Shown one piece after another: positions 38,201 through 46,345 of a stretch of DNA of 52,188 nucleotides (its first letter is position 1; the number at the start of each line of letters is the position of its first letter). This DNA comes from a virus (lineage: Duplodnaviria > Caudoviricetes): the IMG/VR virus record IMGVR_UViG_3300027801_002518, positions 1 to 52,188 of that record. The stretch is one strand, 5' to 3'. A model generated the notes under the pieces. That model was not told the DNA's origin, made no database searches, and worked only from the letters and a program-made list of their open reading frames with translations. A program made the translations under genes and the position numbers.

Positions 38201-40578
38201 ATAAATTAGAACATAAGTTTGAAAAAGGAATTAATGATAAGTTAATTTATCATATGTTGGAATCACTTGGTTGGGATGCTGATATGGGTGCACAATCTCA
38301 ATTACTTTGGGAATATGCATTTGGCAAACATTCTGATGGAACAGTAGTTGCTGAAATGACCGGCAAGGAGAGACAAAATGAAATTTGGAGAAGATTATTA
38401 AATAACTTACCATATCTTCATAAACACAAAGGTACTAAGAGAGCAATATCAGCAGCATTAAGTTGTTATGGTATTCCACAATCATTACTTACTGTTATGG
38501 AGTTTGGAGGCCCACAAGATACACAATCAGCTGGTACAACTAAATTTACATTTGAAGATAGAACGGCATCTATTAACTTTGCAAGTTCATCAAACGCAAT
38601 AACCGTACCATGGAAATCTCATAACGGAAAATATCCAGATTCAGTTGAACTTAGATTACATACTGACCAAAGACAAGACCAACAGATAGTAAGTGGTTCT
38701 GGTTGGAATCTTGATATAGATTATCCTGAATCAGGAACACTTGGAAAACTTACATTAAATGTATTAAGTGGTTCTACATGGGTATCATCTTCAACTGGAA
38801 AAGTTGCATTCTTTAATGATGAATACACACAAATTGTTGTAAATAGAATTACAGGAAGTGTAAATGATACATTTGATGTTTATCTAAAAGAAGGTTTCCA
38901 AGAAAGAATACGAAATCATACCTCAACTACATTTACAGTACCAAGTGGAAGTAGTGGTTGGAATAATGGACATGAATTAAAAATAGGTGGTTCTACTTTA
39001 ACTGGTTCTCTTGACGAATTCAGATTATGGTCTGCACCACTAAGTGAATCTGTTATTTCAAATCACACATTATTACCAGATGCAATAAATGGTAATCACA
39101 TCACATCATCTACATCTGATTTAATTTTCAGATTAGATTTTGAATATCCAAAAGATAGAGTTGCTGATACTTCTATTAAAAACGTATCAATTGATACTAC
39201 ATATGAAACATTTGCAACCGCTTCCAACTTTGCAGCTAGTTCTACATATCCATATCATTATACTACATATGATAGAGATGTAACCGCGGAAGTTCCTTCA
39301 AGTGGAATTAGTTTTGGTAACAAAGTAAGATTTGAATCTCAAACAAAAATATTAGATTTATCATATAGACAACGAGCAACTAAAAAATCATTTGATCAAT
39401 CTCCCCTTGATTCTGATAGATTAGGATTATTCTTCTCTCCAATAAAAGAGATTAATATGGATATCATGAAATCACTTGGTGGATTTAATATTGATAATTA
39501 TATTGGTGACCCTTCTGATGATTATTCTTCTGAATACAAAGAACTAAGGGATTTACGAACTTATTATTTCAATAGATATAATTTAAATTTATCTGAATAT
39601 ATTCAATTAGTTAGATATATTGATAAATCTCTTTTTGATGTATTAGAATCCCTTGTACCGGCAAGAGCTAAAGTATCGAGTGGATTATTAATCGAACCAC
39701 ATATTCTTGAACGAAGTAAAGTAGAAAGAAGACCTACAAGTGCATCAATGCACAACTATTCCTCAACAGGAGTTGATATACAAGAAGATATTTCTGTAAA
39801 ATCAACAAATGAGGGTGTAGTTGGTATTGTAAGTGCTTCACAATCTACTATATTAAGTGGTGATAAACATCACTTCGATGGATTCATATCTTCATCAGAA
39901 CCAACCATGGCAGGTTCAAATAATTCTTATGATTCTACGATAAGTGCCAATGAAGACATAACCCAACAAGGATTTATCACAGTAAATAGTGGTTCTGATA
40001 TGGGTGGTATTTCTATTAAAATAGATGCAGAATTCCAAACTCCATTACAAGGCGAGTATGAATCATCTATGTTTACTCAAGTAGGAATGGATATGAATTC
40101 ATTAACGGTAGCTGGATTTGGATTATATGCAGAAAACGGACATGCTATTGTAACCAAATTAGATAAAGATAATAATTTTACAAAAGTAAGAAAAAGAGTA
40201 GATGTTATAACAGAAAGTTATACAGTAGATATTCCACAGAACATCGACCCACTGGATTCTTCAAAGGGTAGAGAGTTTGTAACACAAACACTTACCAGAA
40301 AGAAACTAAATTTAAGAAACTTTAATCAATCTGGTTCACTTGCAGCGAATAACGTTGTTAGTATTGTACCATTAAATGGGTATGTACCATATCATTATAG
40401 AAATGTGGGTGATTTAACAAGTGGAATGGAGAATTCGTTCTTTAATGGTTCTAAACAAACATCAAGTACAACTTTAGATGGGGGTGTAGCTGTTCAAACG
40501 TTCACAACTAATCCAAATACATTGAGAGTTTCTGATAGTGGAAGAGGAAGTGGTGAACCGATATTAGAGGTTGATTGA
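35254..40578 (+). CDS. large baseplate wedge protein (gp7/P2 gpI-like) with LamG-like domain
   Basis: LESLGWD, IWRRLLNNLPYLHKHKGTKRAI..YGIP, GSLDEFRLWSAPLS (LamG/concanavalin end), LVPARA. Confidence 0.75.
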   Translation: MARRKPRGLPTDSNFSDEVFENNGTPILSGGGFSDNAIINQGEAQVPVLNPGPIIIQDPVFRTKSIPIFKKDIIKNDFPILIPRPKPPTPLSPSRHITVSIFSKTGGSILINGVDTLKSPTNLSGKFRYTGKELLKPKYFKVIKSGYACKEEYKLYSTKKRLIKTIRPLIDNSDDFIVRDELIPIRKDDFRVENFKFNNGRTFGGIGDVYLGFTRPVTSIVAKKPSPIGSIAYDYYEFILEKNGKIVPLSEQIQPITNTINPLMFVKLDFNMTNIIINDDIEDDIVDTPITVNIESFVSADNIIQYKTSWGSSGFLLDDDDIDLKHTIRDGQKETPSIKFTSIGISDFTHTVTFKYNTPHVRRDVINKTKEFTLDLIPGQTNIVVNAIKVAVEDSPFTPSIKADITNVKVNLAIRNGRVNIPYKSINADKVIYTLGKRKREIELSGSLTLTKSDFPNGVGNYIIYLQAISNGGGSSIIEKIYVTVGSREFIPGPDITNINYPQNIVGADFKGFNVPFDISWQSINTNYIKVYAGKKTNSTSLGQFPASGVSSFNVDDVLRKLNIIKIRPAEVNGVYQFNLILIPYNEEGDSVTEGKHEQISITFDKGNLTIRRGTVISDIRSAFAKEFDPTIFRESISPFLTHYLHLGEGNNKLVATWGIDTDTLSTFKDDLDNNTRKKTKEEKSLVLKLYEPLPPSVNLNDTLWISKLQAIPLIDQITIVDDVSQNCTPLTPNFALETNDVIGYQILDDLISSGSTTSTDVVNTFISSSEFSLDNLNLQFVTTDTILIETAGSGNYYQEHPNQSIDWSNFVKYSSAEERVENFVYKVKLLQSYEDRYGGLVSGSSIDFGSGTSSSITGSATSSIAIKNEATRTLGKINDVKKGFDSFEKFLFTSSSVSGLTWPGAGQNQLSASTDSSVTTWYDIVILDATTYDEGNSSRLVNNLPAHIQNDPDGSSFPLFFDMIGQHFDVLWAHIKGINQTNKLEHKFEKGINDKLIYHMLESLGWDADMGAQSQLLWEYAFGKHSDGTVVAEMTGKERQNEIWRRLLNNLPYLHKHKGTKRAISAALSCYGIPQSLLTVMEFGGPQDTQSAGTTKFTFEDRTASINFASSSNAITVPWKSHNGKYPDSVELRLHTDQRQDQQIVSGSGWNLDIDYPESGTLGKLTLNVLSGSTWVSSSTGKVAFFNDEYTQIVVNRITGSVNDTFDVYLKEGFQERIRNHTSTTFTVPSGSSGWNNGHELKIGGSTLTGSLDEFRLWSAPLSESVISNHTLLPDAINGNHITSSTSDLIFRLDFEYPKDRVADTSIKNVSIDTTYETFATASNFAASSTYPYHYTTYDRDVTAEVPSSGISFGNKVRFESQTKILDLSYRQRATKKSFDQSPLDSDRLGLFFSPIKEINMDIMKSLGGFNIDNYIGDPSDDYSSEYKELRDLRTYYFNRYNLNLSEYIQLVRYIDKSLFDVLESLVPARAKVSSGLLIEPHILERSKVERRPTSASMHNYSSTGVDIQEDISVKSTNEGVVGIVSASQSTILSGDKHHFDGFISSSEPTMAGSNNSYDSTISANEDITQQGFITVNSGSDMGGISIKIDAEFQTPLQGEYESSMFTQVGMDMNSLTVAGFGLYAENGHAIVTKLDKDNNFTKVRKRVDVITESYTVDIPQNIDPLDSSKGREFVTQTLTRKKLNLRNFNQSGSLAANNVVSIVPLNGYVPYHYRNVGDLTSGMENSFFNGSKQTSSTTLDGGVAVQTFTTNPNTLRVSDSGRGSGEPILEVD

Positions 40579-40619
40579 TAAATAATAATTCAAAAATAAA
40601 CAATTTTATAAAATCGTTA

Positions 40620-40627
40620 TATTTATA
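40620..40627 (+). promoter_or_regulatory. putative phage late promoter TATTTATA
   Basis: Upstream of 40656. Confidence 0.6.
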
Positions 40628-40655
40628 TATTGAATAACAAGAGGAAAATTTAATT

Positions 40656-41285
40656 ATGGCTTATTTAAATAACACAGAAATAACAGTAGATGCTATCTTA
40701 ACCAAAAAAGGAAGAGAAAAACTAGCATCAGGCGAAGGACTTAACATCTCTAAATTCGCATTGGGCGATGATGAGGTGGATTACACATTATATGAACCAG
40801 CACATCCAAAGGGTAGTGCTTATTATGATGCAGCTATCAAAGCAATTCCAATTACGGAAGCATCTCCGGATGAAACACAAGTATTAAGATACAAGTTGGT
40901 AACATTACCAAAAGGAACAACTAAGATTCCAAAAGTAGAATTTGGTATTCCATCTATATCTGTAAATCAGAACTCTGGTCAAGTTCAACTTTCCCCTACA
41001 ACTTCACCAAGTGGAAATACACAAAGTGGATATACTATAATATTATCAAATAAGAACGCAGGTTCTATTGTTGGTAGTGGATTAGCTGCAGGTGCATCAT
41101 CAACACCAGCTTTCTTAGGTGATGAAATAACTGCAACAGCGGCAATTGAGACGGGATTACAATTTACATTTATTCCTAATCCAAACACCACACAAAATAT
41201 ATCAACAACTATAACTGTATATGGTAACGAAACTGGAGGTTCACAGTCGATACCTGTAACAGTTACATATATACAACCAAGTTAA
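40656..41285 (+). CDS. virion structural protein (tail-collar/fibre-attachment N-half-like)
   Basis: ILTKKGREKLA...ISKFALGDDEVDY resembles the DUF3751 N-terminus. Confidence 0.65.
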   Translation: MAYLNNTEITVDAILTKKGREKLASGEGLNISKFALGDDEVDYTLYEPAHPKGSAYYDAAIKAIPITEASPDETQVLRYKLVTLPKGTTKIPKVEFGIPSISVNQNSGQVQLSPTTSPSGNTQSGYTIILSNKNAGSIVGSGLAAGASSTPAFLGDEITATAAIETGLQFTFIPNPNTTQNISTTITVYGNETGGSQSIPVTVTYIQPS

Positions 41286-41305
41286 TAAACGGAGAATAAA
41301 ATAAA

Positions 41306-42532
41306 ATGGCACAAATAAACGGACAAGCGGGAGTAAATTTATCACAAGAGTTAGCAAACTATTTAGATGCTAATCAAGGTAACTTGACATCTGAACAAAT
41401 TACTCAAATCATTAATCAGTATTTATCTGGTGGTGATAAATTGGGTGCAACTGGAGGTTCAATCTCCAATGGTATCTACAAAAGATTTGGTGAATTCGAC
41501 CAAGTTAATGGAAAAATAGAAGTTGTAACAACTGGTCTTTGGAGTGGTGATACAGGAAGTATGAGTGCATTTTATACTTCATCTACTCAAACGGCAGCAA
41601 GTTTAAATTACTATGTTAACGCATATGATAAAGACCCTGCTACTAATACCTCTGCAGCTGTACAATATGCAGTTGCATACGGACACAAATATACAAGTGG
41701 TTCTATATCACTAACAAACTCCGATTCTTCAACATTAGCAACTAAAGCAACTTACGCACAATACAAATCAATATTATTAGACCAAGATGATGAGAAATTT
41801 ACATTCTACTCTTCTTCAGCAGCCGGATTACATGATTCAGATGATATCTATGTGATTAATGTATCTCGTGCTCGTTACAAAGAAAAAATGGATGCAGGAA
41901 ATTGGTCAATGATTTTAAGTGGTTCTACTGGAACTCACACATTAATTGATGATAGTGGAAAGAAATTCTCAGATACAGTTGGAAAGGCTGGTAGAGTATT
42001 TAATATTGGTAGTGGTTCATTAAATTTAGGAACTGAAAACTTAGCAACAGTTAATACGTTAACTGCTTCAAACGGACAAGGTTTCGGTTTATTCTACCCA
42101 GACCAAGGATTGGTAATTCTTAATCCACCTGCAGTACACTCACTAATTGGAACATCTGTTGACAGTGGTTCTAATTCAGGAGCAGCACTTTACGCGGGTG
42201 ATTCAAGAGAAGGACAAAACCATTTCTTATTACACAACGCAATTAAAGGTGGTGGTGATTTCCAAGCAAGAAGAACAGAAAATGTTTCTACTTCACATTA
42301 TTTCGTAAGAGCAACTAACAGAGAATTTAACTTCTCTAACAACCCAACCTATGTAACTGGTTCTGATAATTCATTTGTTGAATCAACGTTTGAGAAAGAC
42401 CCAAAAACATTTATTACAACAGTTGGATTATTAAGTGATTCTAATGAAATTATAGCGGTTGCTAAAACATCACAACCAATTCCTAAATCATACGATAAGG
42501 AAGTATTAATAAAAGTAAAATTAGATTTCTAA
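41306..42532 (+). CDS. virion structural protein (tail-collar C-half-like)
   Basis: REFNFSNNPT, ITTVGLLSDSNEIIAVAKTSQPIPK. Confidence 0.7.
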   Translation: MAQINGQAGVNLSQELANYLDANQGNLTSEQITQIINQYLSGGDKLGATGGSISNGIYKRFGEFDQVNGKIEVVTTGLWSGDTGSMSAFYTSSTQTAASLNYYVNAYDKDPATNTSAAVQYAVAYGHKYTSGSISLTNSDSSTLATKATYAQYKSILLDQDDEKFTFYSSSAAGLHDSDDIYVINVSRARYKEKMDAGNWSMILSGSTGTHTLIDDSGKKFSDTVGKAGRVFNIGSGSLNLGTENLATVNTLTASNGQGFGLFYPDQGLVILNPPAVHSLIGTSVDSGSNSGAALYAGDSREGQNHFLLHNAIKGGGDFQARRTENVSTSHYFVRATNREFNFSNNPTYVTGSDNSFVESTFEKDPKTFITTVGLLSDSNEIIAVAKTSQPIPKSYDKEVLIKVKLDF

Positions 42533-42552
42533 TTTTACTCCCCCTAATTTAA

Positions 42553-42579
42553 AAAAACCCCACTCGTAGTGGGGTTTTT
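42553..42579 (+). terminator. intrinsic (possibly bidirectional) terminator
   Basis: AAAAACCCCACT-cgt-AGTGGGGTTTTT. Confidence 0.85.
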
Positions 42580-42589
42580 CATTTCACCA

Positions 42590-42597
42590 TATTTATA
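42590..42597 (+). promoter_or_regulatory. putative phage late promoter TATTTATA
   Basis: After the terminator, upstream of 42616. Confidence 0.65.
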
Positions 42598-42615
42598 TAG
42601 AGAAGTTAAATCTAT

Positions 42616-43773
42616 ATGTTAAAAACAGTACAAAAATCAAATGTATCCAACCGGGCGTTTCAAGTTAATAAATCTTGGACGGTCACGAGTGCGGATTATC
42701 CTATAATATCTGGTTCATTTACAACCGATAAGGAGTTTGATACAACTAATGCAATTAAACAAGAAGGATTATATACATATCCTTTATTTAAGTCCATTAA
42801 ATCAAAATACTATACTGATATATCTAATCCATTTACTTTACATGGTAGGATGGAAAGCATTGGTGATCCATATGAACGAAAACTTGGTACAACAGGATAT
42901 GTTATAGCAATCCCACAGAAGAAATATGGAGAAGGGATACAGGGGAATTCCTTAACTGTTAAGGATTTAACCAATGATGTAGAATTTGCTGATGATAGTT
43001 ATGGAAATCTTACTTCAACAAATCCACTATATACTTTAGTATCCCTTGATTTGGAAAACGGAACAATTGTAATAAGTGATACAAACGATGGTGAATTCTC
43101 AGGAACACTATGGTCATCCCCAGGAGATTCCGCTATTGATTTAGAAACAGGCCTTGTAAAAATGACATTCAATGGGGATACGGATTCCTTCTATATAATG
43201 AGAATCGATTTAGAGGCAGGAACTATACAAACGGTATTAGAACTTGACTTTGAAGGACTTGATATTGACCAATTGAAATTTGGAAACATAATATATTCAG
43301 AAGGTTTGGTTATATTTAATGATAGCGTATCACAATTCAGTAGTTATACTATGGATTTCAAATCAACAAAAACCATAAATGAAATGGAAGTGTTGGTCAC
43401 ATCTAAAGCAGGAGAATTTAATTATTCACAAAACCCATCCGCCGTTGATATAACATTAAGTGGTTCATATGATTTTCAAACTACTGCAGTAAATAATGTA
43501 AGACCCGCTGGAACTAAAAAAATAAAAGTAGTTAATGATATAAAGAGAAAAGAATTTATAAGTGGTTCATTTAATCCATCTATAAGTGGTTCTTGGAATG
43601 ATTATGATACATCTGCTTCAATTGACCCAACAGGTTCATATTTAGCACCAATGATAACTACAATAGGGTTATATGATAAGAGTGGAGAAATGATTGCAAT
43701 TGCAAAATTACCACAACCAATAAAGAATTTACCAGATTATGACTTAAATTTTATTGTTAGACTGGATACGTAA
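42616..43773 (+). CDS. virion structural protein, paralog of 41306
   Basis: DDSYGNL, GNIIYSEGLV, EFNYSQNPS, ITTIGLYDKSGEMIAIAKLPQPIK. Confidence 0.7.
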   Translation: MLKTVQKSNVSNRAFQVNKSWTVTSADYPIISGSFTTDKEFDTTNAIKQEGLYTYPLFKSIKSKYYTDISNPFTLHGRMESIGDPYERKLGTTGYVIAIPQKKYGEGIQGNSLTVKDLTNDVEFADDSYGNLTSTNPLYTLVSLDLENGTIVISDTNDGEFSGTLWSSPGDSAIDLETGLVKMTFNGDTDSFYIMRIDLEAGTIQTVLELDFEGLDIDQLKFGNIIYSEGLVIFNDSVSQFSSYTMDFKSTKTINEMEVLVTSKAGEFNYSQNPSAVDITLSGSYDFQTTAVNNVRPAGTKKIKVVNDIKRKEFISGSFNPSISGSWNDYDTSASIDPTGSYLAPMITTIGLYDKSGEMIAIAKLPQPIKNLPDYDLNFIVRLDT

Positions 43774-43798
43774 AAATTCGGTTTTATTAATTTTTCTA

Positions 43799-43806
43799 TA
43801 TTTATA
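43799..43806 (+). promoter_or_regulatory. putative phage late promoter TATTTATA
   Basis: Upstream of 43852. Confidence 0.55.
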
Positions 43807-43851
43807 TGAGAAGGTTTAATAAAAACTGAAATTAAAAAAAGGAAAAATATT

Positions 43852-44055
43852 ATGGCATTATATCAATTATTAGCAAAAGACAAATCAGTAGTAACAGATA
43901 ACTTGGAACTAACATTAGAACAAGTTGTATCATATGCTGAAGATAATGAATTAAGTGGTGTATTTCAATATGATACTTATGATGATGGTACTGATATATT
44001 CGATTCACTTGATGATGATGACTTTTGTTTAAAAATAATATCTGAAGAAGAATAA
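43852..44055 (+). CDS. small very acidic protein
   Basis: AAGGA RBS; 67 aa, D/E-rich. Confidence 0.7.
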   Translation: MALYQLLAKDKSVVTDNLELTLEQVVSYAEDNELSGVFQYDTYDDGTDIFDSLDDDDFCLKIISEEE

Positions 44056-44057
44056 TT

Positions 44058-44240
44058 ATGGCATCAATAGAAGACTTATACAACGGCTCCGATTATAAAA
44101 AATTGGCAGATAAAGGTAAAGACAAGACACCTACTTCTGCAGATATGACTAACAAACTACATAAAGATGATAAGGCTTTAGCAATAGCCCGCGGTGGTAC
44201 GTTAAATCAAACAAAGTATTCTGACTCAGTAGAACGATAA
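44058..44240 (+). CDS. small hypothetical protein
   Basis: 60-aa coupled ORF. Confidence 0.7.
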   Translation: MASIEDLYNGSDYKKLADKGKDKTPTSADMTNKLHKDDKALAIARGGTLNQTKYSDSVER

Positions 44241-44249
44241 AACAACAAT

Positions 44250-44828
44250 TTGAGTTTACTAATAAATAGTTCTGAAAAATGGGCATTTATTCATATACCT
44301 AAAACCGGTGGAACATCGTTATCTTCCATTATAAGGGAAATAGGTGGTACGAATCAAATCACAGGACATGATTCTATAAGATGGGTTGAGGATGTATCCG
44401 ATTATTATATTTTTACAATTGTAAGAAATCCATACACACGTTTAGCTTCGGCTTATAATCATGAGCTTAGAAAAAACACACACACTTATACATTCGGTGG
44501 GTTTTTAAAAAAAGCCAATCCATTTCATCAATGGATTCTTCCCCAAAGTTATTATATCAATGCGGGAAAAACAGAAAATAGAAAAATATCATTTGTAGCA
44601 CATTATGAAAATTATGGGAATGATATTAAAACAATACTAAATAAATTAAACTGTACTTCAAATATTCCGCATCTTAACCGTAATCCAATTTACGATACAC
44701 ATCCAACTTTAAATCAAGAAAATTATTATAAACATTTCTTTACAGAAGAATGGATGATCGATTGGGTAAAAGAGAGATACGAAGATGATTTCAAACTTTT
44801 TAACTATGACATGGACTTACCAAGGTAG
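44250..44828 (+). CDS. sulfotransferase family 2 (carbohydrate sulfotransferase-like)
   Basis: FIHIPKTGGTS, VRNPYTRLASAY, PQ, YEDDFKLFNY. Confidence 0.88.
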   Translation: MSLLINSSEKWAFIHIPKTGGTSLSSIIREIGGTNQITGHDSIRWVEDVSDYYIFTIVRNPYTRLASAYNHELRKNTHTYTFGGFLKKANPFHQWILPQSYYINAGKTENRKISFVAHYENYGNDIKTILNKLNCTSNIPHLNRNPIYDTHPTLNQENYYKHFFTEEWMIDWVKERYEDDFKLFNYDMDLPR

Positions 44829-45267
44829 AATAATAACTGAATTATCCGATATGCCAGAAGGCACATATGGATTTATTTATAAAATAACAAATGGACACAC
44901 CAGTGAGTACTATATTGGGAAAAAACAAGTAGTATCAATTAGGAAACGTAATTTCGGCAAAAAAGAAATAGCTGCTTTAACAGATAAAAGAATAAAGCGT
45001 TATGAAATGGTTACCAAAGAATCAAAATGGGAAGATTACCGTTCTTCAAATAAAACAGTAAGTAGTTGGTTTAACAAAGATGGAAGACCGGCCATTCTTG
45101 AAAATGATAGATTAGAATTAAAAATACTTAAATTCTGTAAATCTAAAAAGTCCTTAACGTACTATGAATTACAAGAACAGTTCTATCATAACGTTTTAGA
45201 AGATGAATATTCGCTTAATGATAATCTTTTAGGAAAGTTTTTCAGAAAAGACTTGGAAATTACATAA
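44806..45267 (+). CDS. GIY-YIG nuclease family protein
   Basis: YGFIYKITN...YYIGKK, W..Y.SS, YYE; probable start MTWTY at 44806. Confidence 0.8.
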   Translation: MTWTYQGRIITELSDMPEGTYGFIYKITNGHTSEYYIGKKQVVSIRKRNFGKKEIAALTDKRIKRYEMVTKESKWEDYRSSNKTVSSWFNKDGRPAILENDRLELKILKFCKSKKSLTYYELQEQFYHNVLEDEYSLNDNLLGKFFRKDLEIT

Positions 45268-45283
45268 AAATTTCGTATATTTG
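45252..45283 (+). promoter_or_regulatory. Bacteroidetes-type sigma70 promoter
   Basis: CTTGG...TTTCGTATATTTG. Confidence 0.7.
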
Positions 45284-45351
45284 GAATAACTGTGTATAAT
45301 ACATAGTAACAATACATGCATTAATATTTTTTTAATAAAAGTGATGTATAA

Positions 45352-45383
45352 TTTGGATATGTGAAATATATTTCGTATATTTG
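45352..45383 (+). promoter_or_regulatory. Bacteroidetes-type sigma70 promoter (perfect consensus)
   Basis: TTTGG...TTTCGTATATTTG. Confidence 0.8.
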
Positions 45384-45403
45384 TATAAATAAAGGTTAAA
45401 AGT

Positions 45404-46345
45404 ATGCTTTCACACCACGAAAGGCAAGAAGTTATTAACATATTAAATGAAGTTTTGGGGATTGGTACGTCAATGAAGAACGATGAACAGGCCCATTTCT
45501 GTCCATTTTGCCATCACCATAAGAAAAAGTTACAAGTTAACTTAAAGACACAACAATGGCATTGTTGGGTTTGTGATGCAAAAGGAAAAAGAATACAACG
45601 ATTATTAAAAAGACTACAAGTAGATACTCGTAAGTTAAAAAAGATATATGAGATATATGGTGATGATTATATAGTATATTCAGATAAAACCGATGATGAA
45701 AAAGTTGAGTTACGATTACCAAGTGAATTTAAATCACTATTAAAAGAACCAATCGGATTCAACCCCACATACAAAAAAGTTGTAGGGTATGCAAGACAAC
45801 GCAATCTCAGTACAGAAGATATTAGAAGATATAATATCGGTTATTGTGATGGTGGTCATTACGCTGGTCGTATTATTATTCCTTCTTATGATTCTGATAA
45901 TAGACTTAATTACTTTATTGCTCGTTCTGTATTTGCGGATGAATCGTTTAAATATAAGAATCCACCTGTTTCTAAAAATGTTATAATGTTTGAAAACCAA
46001 ATTAATTGGGATGAACCTATAACTTTGGTAGAGGGTGTTTTTGATGCAATGGCAGTAAAACGAAATGCAATACCAATTCTTGGTAAGTTTATACCTAAAA
46101 AATTAAATGAAAAAATATATAATAAAGGTGTTAAATCTATTAACATATTATTAGATGAAGATGCACAATCTCAGGCATTACATTATACAATGCAATTTCA
46201 AAATCAAGGAATTGATACAAAAAATATAGTACCATCTGAAAAAGATGCTGGTGATATGGGCTTCTCTCAAGTTAATAAAGTACTAAAACAATCAGAGAAA
46301 ACAAACTTCACAGATATAATTTCTCAAAAACTAAAAGGTTTATGA
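45404..46345 (+). CDS. DNA primase (Zn finger plus TOPRIM)
   Basis: CPFC...HCWVC, RIIIP, KYKNP, VEGVFDA, LDEDA, KD. Confidence 0.92.
   Translation: MLSHHERQEVINILNEVLGIGTSMKNDEQAHFCPFCHHHKKKLQVNLKTQQWHCWVCDAKGKRIQRLLKRLQVDTRKLKKIYEIYGDDYIVYSDKTDDEKVELRLPSEFKSLLKEPIGFNPTYKKVVGYARQRNLSTEDIRRYNIGYCDGGHYAGRIIIPSYDSDNRLNYFIARSVFADESFKYKNPPVSKNVIMFENQINWDEPITLVEGVFDAMAVKRNAIPILGKFIPKKLNEKIYNKGVKSINILLDEDAQSQALHYTMQFQNQGIDTKNIVPSEKDAGDMGFSQVNKVLKQSEKTNFTDIISQKLKGL

Noticed and set aside
44806-45267. GIY-YIG gene as a mobile homing endonuclease or intron ORF
   Set aside because: No NUMOD/HTH DNA-binding tail, and the neighbouring genes are not interrupted; it looks like a stand-alone conserved phage nuclease
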